This document shows positions 19,111 to 29,447 of a stretch of DNA of 64,000 nucleotides, in pieces. The stretch lies in the NCBI GenBank assembly GCA_963666485.2, contig CAXXUO010000001.1, forward strand, positions 320,001 through 384,000. Reading direction: 5' to 3'. Numbering within the stretch: position 1 is the stretch's first letter; each line of letters starts with the position of its first letter. The notes below the pieces were generated by a model that did no database searches, had not been told where the DNA came from, and worked only from the letters and a program-made list of their open reading frames with translations. A program made the translations under genes and the position numbers. The stretch comes from Syntrophorhabdaceae bacterium. Its GTDB lineage: Bacteria; Desulfobacterota; Syntrophorhabdia; Syntrophorhabdales; Syntrophorhabdaceae.

Positions 19111-22092
19111 ATGGAAAAGCCTGTCTTTCGAAACCTCCGCATACCCCTTTCAACGTACCGCGTCCAGATGAACCGCAACTTCCGTTTCACCGATGCCGCC
19201 GCGATAGTGCCTTACTTAAGCGATCTCGGCATCACGGACCTCTATACGTCCCCTTACCTGACCTCGCGGCCCGGAAGCCTGCATGGCTACGATATCACCG
19301 ACCCGACCCGGTTGAACCCCGAGATAGGAACTGCCGAGGAATACGAACTCCTCGTCAACATCCTCCGCCAATACGATATAGGGCAGCTCCTCGATATTGT
19401 CCCGAACCACATGTGCCTCGACGACAACAACAGGTACTGGATGGACCTTCTCGAGAACGGGCCGGCCTCGCAGTGCAGCGACTTTTTCGATATAGATTGG
19501 GACCCGGTCAAAAAGGAGTTGAAAGACAAGGTCCTGCTTCCTTTTCTCGGTGACCAGTACGGGGCAGCCCTCGAAAAACAGGACATACAGCTCGCCTTTG
19601 AAAGCGGCTCCTTCTTCATCCGGCTTTACGAGGAGAACCTTCCTGTGCTTCCGGAGACGTATGCCGATATCCTGTCCCTCCGTATCGATGAGCTCGATAC
19701 ACCGGCCGCCGGCCCGGGCGAGGGCCGCAACGAGGTAATGAGCATCATCACGTCGGCCGGCAACCTGCCGTCATATCTCGAAACGGACCCGAAGAAGGTC
19801 GAGGTGAGGTACCGCGAAAAAGAGATAATCAAGAAAAGGCTCAAAGAGGTGTACAACGCCGATCCGCTCGTCCGGGAATTTATCGACAGGAACGTTGCGA
19901 TATTCAACGGTACCCCGGGAGAGCCGAAAAGCTTCGACCTTCTGGACGGCCTGTTGCTAAAACAGGTCTATCGCCTCTCATACTGGCAGGTGGCAACGGA
20001 AGAGATCAACTACCGGCGATTCTTCGATATAAACAGTCTTGCGGCGATCCGGGTCGAGAACCCCGAGGTGTTCGAAGAGACGCACCGGCTTATTTTCGGG
20101 CTTATCGAGGAGGGTAAGGTGACGGGCCTGAGGGTCGACCATCCGGACGGCCTTTACGACCCGACGGAATATTTCGACCGGCTTCAGCGGCGATGCTTCG
20201 CGATTGCCATGAGGTCCCACATCGACGAGGTACGGGAAGATGTCGACCTGCCCTACGGAGAAAGATATATCGAATCGGCCATATCGGACAGGTACGAAGA
20301 GGCCTTGCGGCTTGAGCGGCACTTCAAACCCTTTTATATCGTTGCCGAAAAAATACTCGGAAAAGGCGAGATCATGCCCGTCGAATGGCCGACCTTCAGC
20401 ACCACCGGCTACGTCTTCCTGAATTCCCTCACCGGGATCTTTGTCGACGGCCAGAACGCAAAAGCATTCGATGCCCTTTACAGGAGGTTCACCCGCATCC
20501 AGTCGGACTTCCAGGAGGTCCTCTACCGCAACAAAAAGCTCGTCATGGAGACCGCGATGTCGAGCGAGATCAACACGCTCGGGCACCGGCTGAACACGAT
20601 CACGGAAAAGAACAGGCTGACCCGCGACTTCACCCTGAACAGCCTGACGAGGGCGATTGTCGAGGTCATTGCCTGCTTTCCCGTCTACCGGACCTATGTC
20701 AACGGGCCGGACGTCAGGGAGCGCGACAGGCACTATATCGAGCTCGCCATATCGCGGGCTATACGGAAGAACCCCGTTACCAACGAATCCATCTTCAGAT
20801 TTATAAAAAATGTGCTTCTGCTCGTGTTCTCCCCCGGCACGCCGGAGGATGAAAAAGCCTCCTGGCTTAACTTTGTGATGAAATTCCAGCAGATAACGGG
20901 CCCGGTCATGGCAAAAGGCGTCGAAGACACGGCCTTCTATGTGTACAACAGGCTTGTGTCCCTGAACGAGGTCGGGGGCAACCCGGACCGTTTCGGGACG
21001 CTCCTTGACACGTTTCACGGGCAGAACATAGAGAGGCTCAAGAACTGGCCCTTCGCCCTCATTACCTCGTCGACCCACGACACGAAGCGCAGCGAAGATG
21101 TCCGGGCGCGGATCAGCGTCCTGTCGGAAATGCCCGGCGAATGGCGCGAGCGCATTATCTCCTGGGCAAAGATAAACCGGAAGAAGAAGATGCTCGTCGG
21201 CAATCGGTTCGTCCCGGACCGCAACGAGGAATATCTTTTGTACCAGACACTTATCGGGACCTGGCCGCCCGGTCATACAACAGAGGATGAATACGACACG
21301 TACAGGTCCCGGATAAAATCGTACATCAGCAAGGCCGTGAAAGAGGCAAAGGTCAACTCGAGCTGGATCAACCCGGACAAGTTATACGATGAGGCATTGA
21401 ACGCATTTGTCGACGCGGTCCTCGACAGGTCGAGACCCAATGCGTTCCTCGATGATTTCCTGCCTTTCGAGCAAAGGACAGCGGTCTTCGGCATGTTGAA
21501 CTCCGCTTCCCAGGTCCTGCTCAAGATATGTTCCCCCGGCGTTCCTGACTTTTACCAGGGGTCGGAATTGTGGAACTTTACACTCGTCGACCCCGACAAC
21601 AGGCAGCCGGTCGATTACAGCCGCCGCATCCGCCTTCTTGCTGAAATTAAAGACGAACTTGGAAGGGCGGACCATGCCGTCCTTGCGAAAGAATTGACAA
21701 GGTCCATGGAAGACGGCAGAATAAAACTGTACATAACATACAGGGCCCTGAAGCTGCGCAGGCAATTGCGGGAAGTTTTTGAGGAAGGGGAATATATTCC
21801 GCTTGAAGTGACAGGGGCCCGGTCAGGGCATGTCATAGCGTTCGCCCGTCGTCATCTCACCTCGATGGCCGTGGTGGCGGTCCCGAGGTTCCTTGTGAAA
21901 ATATTGTCCTTGCCGGATCTGCGCTTCGATGATATATGGGAAGATACAGTGATAATATTGCCTGCAGCGGCAGGTGAAGGAGACTACAGGAATATTTTTA
22001 CCGGCGAAGAGATGGCAGGACAGGGACCGGCAATTTCGTGCTGCGATATTTTCCGGAATTTTCCCGTCGCTCTTCTGAACAAGGTCTCGTGA
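19111..22092 (+). CDS. treY: Malto-oligosyltrehalose synthase
   Basis: STYRVQ, GSLHGYD, DIVPNHM, YRRFFDI, GLRVDHPDGL, STHDTKRSED, LVDPDNR. Confidence 0.95.
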   Translation: MEKPVFRNLRIPLSTYRVQMNRNFRFTDAAAIVPYLSDLGITDLYTSPYLTSRPGSLHGYDITDPTRLNPEIGTAEEYELLVNILRQYDIGQLLDIVPNHMCLDDNNRYWMDLLENGPASQCSDFFDIDWDPVKKELKDKVLLPFLGDQYGAALEKQDIQLAFESGSFFIRLYEENLPVLPETYADILSLRIDELDTPAAGPGEGRNEVMSIITSAGNLPSYLETDPKKVEVRYREKEIIKKRLKEVYNADPLVREFIDRNVAIFNGTPGEPKSFDLLDGLLLKQVYRLSYWQVATEEINYRRFFDINSLAAIRVENPEVFEETHRLIFGLIEEGKVTGLRVDHPDGLYDPTEYFDRLQRRCFAIAMRSHIDEVREDVDLPYGERYIESAISDRYEEALRLERHFKPFYIVAEKILGKGEIMPVEWPTFSTTGYVFLNSLTGIFVDGQNAKAFDALYRRFTRIQSDFQEVLYRNKKLVMETAMSSEINTLGHRLNTITEKNRLTRDFTLNSLTRAIVEVIACFPVYRTYVNGPDVRERDRHYIELAISRAIRKNPVTNESIFRFIKNVLLLVFSPGTPEDEKASWLNFVMKFQQITGPVMAKGVEDTAFYVYNRLVSLNEVGGNPDRFGTLLDTFHGQNIERLKNWPFALITSSTHDTKRSEDVRARISVLSEMPGEWRERIISWAKINRKKKMLVGNRFVPDRNEEYLLYQTLIGTWPPGHTTEDEYDTYRSRIKSYISKAVKEAKVNSSWINPDKLYDEALNAFVDAVLDRSRPNAFLDDFLPFEQRTAVFGMLNSASQVLLKICSPGVPDFYQGSELWNFTLVDPDNRQPVDYSRRIRLLAEIKDELGRADHAVLAKELTRSMEDGRIKLYITYRALKLRRQLREVFEEGEYIPLEVTGARSGHVIAFARRHLTSMAVVAVPRFLVKILSLPDLRFDDIWEDTVIILPAAAGEGDYRNIFTGEEMAGQGPAISCCDIFRNFPVALLNKVS

Positions 22093-22118
22093 ACGAAATG
22101 GAAGGAGCTTGACCGATA

Positions 22119-23354
22119 ATGGCGCAGGTGCTCGCAATGATCCTGGCTGGCGGCCGGGTCGGGGAACTCGAAGTATTGACCTTTTTTCGGCCGAAGTCCG
22201 TCGTTCCCTACGGCGGATTGTACCGCATCATCGATTTTCCGATGAGCAACCTCATGCATTCCGACATCGAGAATGTCGGGATCCTGTCACAATACCGGCC
22301 TTTTGAACTCATAAGGCACATCGCCAACGGCGAGCCCTGGGACATGACGGGCAGGCAGCGGCGGGCCGTCATACTGCCGCCTTTCCAGGGACGCGGCTCA
22401 TCCGACTGGTACAAGGGGACCGCCGATGCCGTATATCAGAACATCGATTTTATCAGGATGAACGACCCCGAGATCGTCGTCGTCCTGTCAGGCGATCACA
22501 TCTACCGGATGGACTACCGCACGCTGATAGAATTCCACAAGGAGAAAAAGGCGGACCTGACGGTGGCCTTCACGCACGTCCCGCCGTCGCAGGATTCGTC
22601 GCGCTTCGGCCTCGCATCGATCGAGGACGGGGACCCCCGGGGCGGGCGCGTCACGGAGTACAAGGAAAAACCGAGGAGTTCGAATCTCGAATGGGCGTCC
22701 CTCACGATATACGTTTTCAGGACGGACCTTCTCATCTCATCGCTCATGGACAACGCGGCGCATACTTCCCACGAGTTCGGAAAAGATATTATCCCTGCGC
22801 TTTTGAAAAGCAAGCGGGTATACGGTTATAAACACGCCGGCTACTGGGGCTACACGCGGACGATCGATGAATATTACCGCACCAGCATGGATATCCTCGG
22901 ATACACGCCGAAGGTGGATATCCGCTCGTGGGAGCTCAGGACCAACATGGCCAACGACAATGTCCGCGATCGTAAACCGGCCTTTGTCGGCCGGTCCGCG
23001 AAGATCGAAGACTCGTTCTTCTACTGCGGGTGTTCCATCGAAGGAACGGTAACGAACTCGATCCTCTTTCCCGGGGTTTCCGTGGAAAAAGGCGCCGTCG
23101 TCGAAGATTCGATCCTCTTCTTCGATGCGAAGGTCCGCAGCGGCGCCCGGGTGATGCGCACGATCGCCGACAGTTCCTGCACCATTTCCGCAAACGCCGG
23201 CATAGGGGACCCGGGAGGTGCCCTTTCCCTGATCGGCATGGAAACCGTCGTTCCTGAAAATATACGCCTCGCCGGCGGGGTCAAGGTCCACCCCAAACTG
23301 AAAGCCGGTGCTTTCACGAAGGCCAGCTACGCTGCCGGGGAGGAGGTCCAATGA
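22119..23354 (+). CDS. Glucose-1-phosphate adenylyltransferase family protein (GlgD/GlgC-like, divergent)
   Basis: ILAGGRVGEL, YRIIDF, WYKGTADAV, LSGDH; hexapeptide C-terminus. Confidence 0.85.
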   Translation: MAQVLAMILAGGRVGELEVLTFFRPKSVVPYGGLYRIIDFPMSNLMHSDIENVGILSQYRPFELIRHIANGEPWDMTGRQRRAVILPPFQGRGSSDWYKGTADAVYQNIDFIRMNDPEIVVVLSGDHIYRMDYRTLIEFHKEKKADLTVAFTHVPPSQDSSRFGLASIEDGDPRGGRVTEYKEKPRSSNLEWASLTIYVFRTDLLISSLMDNAAHTSHEFGKDIIPALLKSKRVYGYKHAGYWGYTRTIDEYYRTSMDILGYTPKVDIRSWELRTNMANDNVRDRKPAFVGRSAKIEDSFFYCGCSIEGTVTNSILFPGVSVEKGAVVEDSILFFDAKVRSGARVMRTIADSSCTISANAGIGDPGGALSLIGMETVVPENIRLAGGVKVHPKLKAGAFTKASYAAGEEVQ

Positions 23355-24613
23355 AAGGTACGGCGGCAATACTTCTCGCAGGCGGTGTCGGCAGCAGGCT
23401 CAACATCCTCGTCCGCCACAGGGCGAAACCGGCGGTGCCCTTCGGCGGCATATACCGCATCATCGATTTCACCCTCAGCAATATCGGCAACTCCAGTATG
23501 ACGAGCGTCGCGGTCCTCACGCAGTACAAGCCCCTCTCCCTGATGGACCATATAGGGGACGGGTCGTCATGGGATATGTCGGGGCGGTCGCGAAGCGTCA
23601 AGATATTCCCCCCGAAAACCGGGGAAGAGGACTGGGACTGGTACAAAGGAACGGCCGACGCGGTGCGGCAGAACATATCATTCGTCAATTCGGCAAACAG
23701 CGACGAGATCATGATCCTTTCCGGCGACCACGTGTATCACATGGATTACCGCGAGATGGTGTCCTTCCACCGCGCTAAAGGCGCCCGGGTCACCATCGCG
23801 ACGATCCCCGTCGCCTGGGAGGATACGCACCAGTTCGGGACGGCCATAATCGACGGCAACAACCAGATCCTCGAATGGGAGGAAAAGTCCCCCAAGGCAA
23901 AATCCAACCTCGCTTCCATGGGTATATACGTCTTCGACCGGAAATACCTCATTTCCCTTCTGACGGAATCCAAAGAAGATGATTTCGGGCATCATATAAT
24001 CCCGCGGGCGCTCGAGGAAAAGGTCGTCTACGCCTATCCCTTCGACGGGTACTGGCGGGACGTCGGTACGATCCAGGCATACTGGGACGCGAACATGGAT
24101 ATCCTCGATCCGTCGTCGGGCATAAATCCTGAGAACTGGTGCATCATGACCAACATCAACGCGGGAGCGCCGCAGTACGACAGGCCACCCGTGTCCGTCT
24201 CCGGCCGCGCCCGGATAAAAAGGTCGATCATATCGGCGGGCTGCACCATAGAAGGCAGCGTCGAGAACTCGGTGCTTTCCCCCGGGGTCGTGGTCAAGAC
24301 GGGCGCCTCCGTGCGCAATTCGATCATCCTGCACGACTGCGTCATCGAGGCAGGGGCCAAGATCGACCGCGCGATAATCGACAAGGAGGTCCTCATCGGG
24401 GAGAAGGCAACCATCGGGTTCGGTGATGCGGGCATCGCCAATGCCGAGCACCCGAAACACCTTTACTCGGGATTGACCGTCATCGGGAAGCGGACCCGGA
24501 TCCCTGACGGGATCATCATCGGGACAAACTGCATCATAGACCCGATGCTGGATGCATGCGTCTTCCCGAAAGAGGTAAAAAGCGGTTCGTCTGTCACATG
24601 CTCGAGGCCCTAG
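23351..24613 (+). CDS. glgC: Glucose-1-phosphate adenylyltransferase
   Basis: LAGGVGSRL, RAKPAVPFGG, GTADAV, SMGIY, YWRDVGT. Confidence 0.9.
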   Translation: MKGTAAILLAGGVGSRLNILVRHRAKPAVPFGGIYRIIDFTLSNIGNSSMTSVAVLTQYKPLSLMDHIGDGSSWDMSGRSRSVKIFPPKTGEEDWDWYKGTADAVRQNISFVNSANSDEIMILSGDHVYHMDYREMVSFHRAKGARVTIATIPVAWEDTHQFGTAIIDGNNQILEWEEKSPKAKSNLASMGIYVFDRKYLISLLTESKEDDFGHHIIPRALEEKVVYAYPFDGYWRDVGTIQAYWDANMDILDPSSGINPENWCIMTNINAGAPQYDRPPVSVSGRARIKRSIISAGCTIEGSVENSVLSPGVVVKTGASVRNSIILHDCVIEAGAKIDRAIIDKEVLIGEKATIGFGDAGIANAEHPKHLYSGLTVIGKRTRIPDGIIIGTNCIIDPMLDACVFPKEVKSGSSVTCSRP

Positions 24614-25881
24614 ATCTTACCGATTCACAAACTATAGTCAAGAGACAGGATGTCAGGGCGAAGCTGGCCGAGATCGGCGAAGCGGACATCCTCGTCGGGA
24701 TACCCAGCTTCAACAATGCCCACTCCATCGGCCATGTTGTCCGCGCGGTACAGGCGGGGCTCGCAAAATATTTCCCGGACAGGAAAACCGTGCTCGTCAA
24801 TTCGGACGGGGGATCGACAGACGGAACGATGGAGGTGGTCCATGAGACGACCATCGACGATTTCCGGTCGATCCTCGTTTCCCATCGCATGGAATCCTTT
24901 TCCAAGATAGCGATCCCCTACCACGGCATACCCGGCAAGGGAAGCGCGTTCCGGGCCATCTTTGAAATAGCGAAGGCGCTTAACGCCAGGGCGTGCGCGG
25001 TCGTCGACTCGGACCTGCGCAGCATAACACCTGAATGGATAGAATTGCTTGTAAAACCCGTCATTGACGACGGGTACGATTACGTGGCACCGCTCTATCA
25101 TCGCCACAAGTACGACGGGACGATAACGAACAGCATCGTCTACCCGCTCACCCGCGCGCTGTACGGAAAGGACGTGCGCCAGCCCATAGGGGGAGATTTC
25201 GGCTTTTCCGGAAGGCTTGCCGGTTTCTATCTCACGAAGCACGTATGGGCATCGGACGTTGCCCGGTACGGCATCGATATCTGGATGACAACGACTGCCA
25301 TCGCCAACAATTTCCGGATCTGCCAGGCCTTTCTCGGGGCGAAGATACATGACGCCAAGGACCCGGGGTCTGACCTCTCCGCCATGCTTTACCAGGTTGT
25401 CGCGGCCACGTTCGATCTGATGGAGGAATACCGCGAGACCTGGAAGAAGACCATGTCTGTCGATGCCGTACCCGTTTTCGGGTTTACCTACGAGGTCGGC
25501 CTCGAGCCGGTCAACGTCAACATCCAGAGAATGCTGGAAAAGTTCCGGCTCGGCGCGCGCGAGCTCGGCCCCGTCTGGGAAAATGTCCTGTCCCGCGAGA
25601 CGATGAATTTCCTGGTCGGCCTTGCGGATGCACCCGGGGACAATTTTTATATGCCCGACAGGATATGGGTCGACATCGTTTACAGTTTTGCACTGGCGGC
25701 GCACCGCAAGGTCATCAACAAGGAGCATCTGCTGAAATCCCTCACCCCTCTGTACATCGGACGCACTGCATCCTTCGTTATCGAGACCCGGGAAGCGAGC
25801 GGCCCGGAAGTCGAAGATAAGATCAACAAGCTCTGCGAAGAATACGGCCGGTTCAAGCCGTCTTTTGCGGAGCACTGGTAA
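24598..25881 (+). CDS. GT2 glycosyltransferase, glucosylglycerate/mannosylglycerate synthase-like
   Basis: VGIPSFNN, DGGSTDGT, GKGSA, DSDLRSI, RQPIGGDF, YGIDIWMT. Confidence 0.75.
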   Translation: MLEALDLTDSQTIVKRQDVRAKLAEIGEADILVGIPSFNNAHSIGHVVRAVQAGLAKYFPDRKTVLVNSDGGSTDGTMEVVHETTIDDFRSILVSHRMESFSKIAIPYHGIPGKGSAFRAIFEIAKALNARACAVVDSDLRSITPEWIELLVKPVIDDGYDYVAPLYHRHKYDGTITNSIVYPLTRALYGKDVRQPIGGDFGFSGRLAGFYLTKHVWASDVARYGIDIWMTTTAIANNFRICQAFLGAKIHDAKDPGSDLSAMLYQVVAATFDLMEEYRETWKKTMSVDAVPVFGFTYEVGLEPVNVNIQRMLEKFRLGARELGPVWENVLSRETMNFLVGLADAPGDNFYMPDRIWVDIVYSFALAAHRKVINKEHLLKSLTPLYIGRTASFVIETREASGPEVEDKINKLCEEYGRFKPSFAEHW

Positions 25882-25902
25882 TAAAGGCCAGGGGAGCTTT
25901 CC

Positions 25903-26613
25903 ATGAATTTTATACAGAGAATACTTGTTGAACCCTTCGAAAAGTTTTACGAGAGGTTCCTGACCTTCATGCCGAATCTTCTCACCGCGATCGCCCTTCT
26001 TATCTTTGGCATCGTTCTCGGATCTCTCTTGAGGCTGGTGCTCCTGAAGATATTTCACGCGATCCACCTCGATAAGGCCGCGGAGAGGCTCGGCATTTTC
26101 GAAATGCTGCTGAAGGACGGCATAAAAGGTTCCCTTTCCGCCTTTGTCGCCCGGCTCATCGGGTGGGCCGTCATCTTTACATTTGCCGTCATCGCTCTTC
26201 AGACATTGAACATACCAACCATCGAGAACCTTCTCGACCGGTTTTTCGCCTATCTCCCGAATGTCTTCACCGCCGCCGTTATTCTTTTCTTCGGCTATAT
26301 CTTCAGCAACTTTTTCGGGCGCGCCGCCCTGATAGCATCCGTCAACGCCGGGATACGAAGGGCCGGAATGGTCGGCAGGCTGGTCAAGCTCGTCGTGTTC
26401 ATCCTTTCCGCGACCATGGCGATGGAGCAGCTCGGCATCGGCAGGGACACGGTCCTGGTCGCATTCGCGATCGTTTTCGGGGGGATCGTCCTCGCCCTTG
26501 CAATTGCGTTCGGCTTCGGGGGAAGGGACATCGCCCGCAATTACCTGCAGCGAAACGTCGATCACGATAAGGAACCCGAACGGGATATCGACAAGCACAT
26601 CGATCCGTTATAA
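25903..26613 (+). CDS. Membrane protein with MscS-type transmembrane repeats (CmpX-like)
   Basis: Repeated F/YLPN helices; ALAIAFGFGGRD; no cytoplasmic cage. Confidence 0.75.
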   Translation: MNFIQRILVEPFEKFYERFLTFMPNLLTAIALLIFGIVLGSLLRLVLLKIFHAIHLDKAAERLGIFEMLLKDGIKGSLSAFVARLIGWAVIFTFAVIALQTLNIPTIENLLDRFFAYLPNVFTAAVILFFGYIFSNFFGRAALIASVNAGIRRAGMVGRLVKLVVFILSATMAMEQLGIGRDTVLVAFAIVFGGIVLALAIAFGFGGRDIARNYLQRNVDHDKEPERDIDKHIDPL

Positions 26614-26623
26614 AAAAGACCCC

Positions 26624-26955
26624 CTCTCGCCCGTTCGTCGCTTTCGCTCCTCTCTAAAGTTCGCAGAGTTCGCGGAGAAAGGCGGAGGCCGCGGGAGCCC
26701 GGAGCCTTACCATTGCCACCCGCCAATAGCAAGCTCGGAGGCGGGTACCCGGCTATCAGGGCGGCATCTTCGATCCTGCCCTTCAGGCAGGATGGACCGC
26801 TTGGACTATTAATTCCCTTGTATTGTTTTTTTCTTTTCCTCGGCGAAGCCGACGAAAGTGCCGGCTGGTCGTGGTCGGCTCCGCGACCAGCCGGCAAAGT
26901 CTTTTCCTTCGCAGTTCTCTGTGCTCTCTGCGAGCTCGAGCGAAGCGGGCGAGAG
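26624..26955. repeat. Intergenic REP/MITE-like element with nested hairpins
   Basis: CTCTCGCCCG (26624) / CGGGCGAGAG (26946) inverted ends; perfect 13-bp stem 26859-26896; ATCCTGCC/GGCAGGAT stem ~26773-26793. Confidence 0.6.
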
Positions 26956-27030
26956 AATGTCTTTTCAGGAGCTTGACAGAAGTTGCTATTTCTGGTTTTT
27001 ATTCAAGAAAGTAAAATCGGAGGGTGGGGG

Positions 27031-28059
27031 ATGATCGAGTTCAGGGTGGTGGAATCGGCGAGCACGTTTCTTGACCCGAGGAAAGGTTTCGAGCCGTCCA
27101 CGGTCGATTTCCAGGTCAGGTTCGATCCCCTGACGGGGAGGTCGTGCCACTTCTCCCATTTCGGGGCGCTTAAGGCACAGGAATTGGATTTGCCCGGTTA
27201 TGAAAGGCCCGAGGTGAAGGGGTTCTGCCCGTTCTGCAGCGACAAGCGCGACAAGGCAACCCCGAAATTTACACCGGACATCGTTCCCGGGGGGCGGCAG
27301 ATGCGCGGCGAGGCGTGCCTGGTCCCGAACCTTTTCCCCTATGACATTCACAGCGGCGTCGTCATCATGACTGACGACCACGTTGTCGGGCTTTCCGGAT
27401 TTACACAAGACCGCCTTGCGGACTCCTTTTCCCTCGGCATCGACTTCCTGCGCAGGATACACTCGCTCGACCGCGATCTCCCGTACCATCTCATGACGTG
27501 GAACTATATGCCGCCGTCAGGCGGGGGGCTCGTCCATCCGCACCAGCAATACTTTGCGACCCGGTTCCCCGGCAATCAGTTCATGGACGAACTGTCGGGG
27601 TCGGAGCGTTTCTCGGACACCCATAGGAAGAACTACTGGCATACCCTCATCGAAACAGAGATGTCGGGCAATGTGCGCTATATCGGCAGGGCCGGGGATA
27701 CCCACTGGATCGCCCCGTTCGTGTCAATGGGGCTGCTCGGTGAGATCATGTGCATCTTTCCGGATGTTTTCTCAATCGGGGAATTCAAGGATAAGCATAT
27801 CACGGACCTTGTATCCGGGCTTGAAAAGGTCTTTCGATTCTATGAACACGAAGGGATCTTCAGCTTTAATGCCTCGCTATCGTTCGGCCCCGGGGGACAG
27901 GACCATTTCTGCTGTTTCTTCCGGCTGGTCCCGAGAACATTCCTCAACACGCGGGATTTTGCCCCCGACCTCAACTTCTTCCAGGCTGTGCTTTCCGAGC
28001 CCATCTGCATCGTGTTACCCGAAGACCTGTGCCGCGATATACGGCCCTACTTTGCCTAG
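27031..28059 (+). CDS. Galactose-1-phosphate uridylyltransferase-like (GalT/HIT) nucleotidyltransferase
   Basis: RFDPLTG, CPFC, PNLFPY, HPHQQ active-site motif. Confidence 0.8.
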   Translation: MIEFRVVESASTFLDPRKGFEPSTVDFQVRFDPLTGRSCHFSHFGALKAQELDLPGYERPEVKGFCPFCSDKRDKATPKFTPDIVPGGRQMRGEACLVPNLFPYDIHSGVVIMTDDHVVGLSGFTQDRLADSFSLGIDFLRRIHSLDRDLPYHLMTWNYMPPSGGGLVHPHQQYFATRFPGNQFMDELSGSERFSDTHRKNYWHTLIETEMSGNVRYIGRAGDTHWIAPFVSMGLLGEIMCIFPDVFSIGEFKDKHITDLVSGLEKVFRFYEHEGIFSFNASLSFGPGGQDHFCCFFRLVPRTFLNTRDFAPDLNFFQAVLSEPICIVLPEDLCRDIRPYFA

Positions 28060-28106
28060 GCGGCTTTTTGCCTTGCATCACCGGTACACTGTGATATAGT
28101 TGTTAT

Positions 28107-28679
28107 ATGGATGTAAAAGAACTTGTAACAAAGAACCGCAGTTACCGGCGGTTCCAGGAAAACGATCCGCTAACGCCTGAGCAGTTGAAAAACCTCGTCG
28201 AGCTTGCACGGCTGTCGCCATCGGCGGGCAACCTTCAACCCCTCAAATTCATGCTGTCACACGATCCCGTCAGAAACGGGGCTATTTTCTCATGCCTGCA
28301 CTGGGAGAGCTTTATAAAGAATTTTCCGGCGCCCGGCCCGGGCAGGCGGCCAGCGGCGTACATCGTTGTCCTCGGCGACAGGTCGATCACCGAAAAATTC
28401 TGGTGCAACCACGGGATCGCGGCCCAGAGCATCCTTCTCGGCGCGGTCGAGATGGGTTTCGGCGGTTATTCTCTGACAGACATCGACAGGCAGGCGCTTT
28501 CCGGATTTTTGAGGATACCCGAGCATCTTGAAATATTACTCGTCATTGCACTCGGCCTGCCGCGGGAACGCGTCGTGATAACCGATGCAGTCGACGGCAA
28601 GGTGACCTACTGGCGAGACATCAACAAGGTCCACCACGTCCCCAAGCGCGGCCTGAACGAGATCATTCTCGACCTGTAG
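28107..28679 (+). CDS. Nitroreductase family protein
   Basis: RSYRRF, SPSAGNLQP, HHVPKR. Confidence 0.9.
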   Translation: MDVKELVTKNRSYRRFQENDPLTPEQLKNLVELARLSPSAGNLQPLKFMLSHDPVRNGAIFSCLHWESFIKNFPAPGPGRRPAAYIVVLGDRSITEKFWCNHGIAAQSILLGAVEMGFGGYSLTDIDRQALSGFLRIPEHLEILLVIALGLPRERVVITDAVDGKVTYWRDINKVHHVPKRGLNEIILDL

Positions 28680-28692
28680 GGTGAGGAATCCT

Positions 28693-29265
28693 ATGACTTT
28701 ACTGGAACTCGTGACAAAGACCCGAAGCTGCAGACGATTTTACGAGAAGGAGACAATAGGCCTCGATCAACTGAAAGCGCTGATCGACCTTGCCCGGCTC
28801 GCCCCCTCGACAGCGAACCTTCAGCCGCTCAAGTACATCATTTCCCATAACCCCGGCAAAAATTCCGGGATCTTTTCCTGCCTCGGCTGGGCAGGCTATC
28901 TCACGGATTGGCCCGGCCCCGTGGACGGGGAAAGGCCTGCCGGGTACATAATCATCCTGGGGGACACGTCGTTGACGAGGGATTTCGACTGTGAGTACGG
29001 CACCGCCGCCCAGAGCATTGCCCTCGGCGCCACCGAAATGGGCCTCGGCTGCTGCATGATCGGCAACATCGACAAGGACCGCCTCGCCGCTCTTCTGAAG
29101 ATACCTCCCCGCTACGACGTGCTTCTCGTCATCGCGCTCGGCAAACCGAAAGAAGAGATCGTCCTCGAAGAGATAAAAGACGGCAATATAAAGTACTGGC
29201 GCGACGAGAAGCAGGTGCATCACGTGCCGAAACGTCCGCTGGCGGAGTTGATATTCGAACCGTAA
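28693..29265 (+). CDS. Nitroreductase family protein (tandem paralogue)
   Basis: RSCRRF, APSTANLQP, HHVPKR. Confidence 0.9.
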   Translation: MTLLELVTKTRSCRRFYEKETIGLDQLKALIDLARLAPSTANLQPLKYIISHNPGKNSGIFSCLGWAGYLTDWPGPVDGERPAGYIIILGDTSLTRDFDCEYGTAAQSIALGATEMGLGCCMIGNIDKDRLAALLKIPPRYDVLLVIALGKPKEEIVLEEIKDGNIKYWRDEKQVHHVPKRPLAELIFEP

Positions 29266-29270
29266 AAGAT

Positions 29271-29390
29271 GGTTCAAGGTTCAAGGTTCAAGGTTCAAAG
29301 AATTTCTTCTTAGTCTAACCATCCCAATTATTTGATACAGCTTAAATCAATGGGTTCTTTTCCTTGAACCTTGAACTTTGAACCTTGAAC
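29271..29390. repeat. Inverted heptamer-array element (GGTTCAA)4...(TTGAACC)4
   Basis: Arms 29271-29298 and 29364-29390 around an AT-rich spacer. Confidence 0.9.
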
Positions 29391-29398
29391 ATTTATTT

Positions 29399-29427
29399 TT
29401 GACATTCCCCCCATGCAGCGCTACATT
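29399..29427 (+). promoter_or_regulatory. sigma70-type promoter
   Basis: TTGACA-N17-TACATT before the gene at 29448. Confidence 0.6.
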
Positions 29428-29447
29428 ACACTATCGGAGGGCAGGAA

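Noticed and set aside
17376..26598. Long antisense ORFs (17376-18782, 19978-21276, 24625-26598 and similar elsewhere)
   Set aside because: Shadow frames of GC-rich genes with no recognisable motifs.
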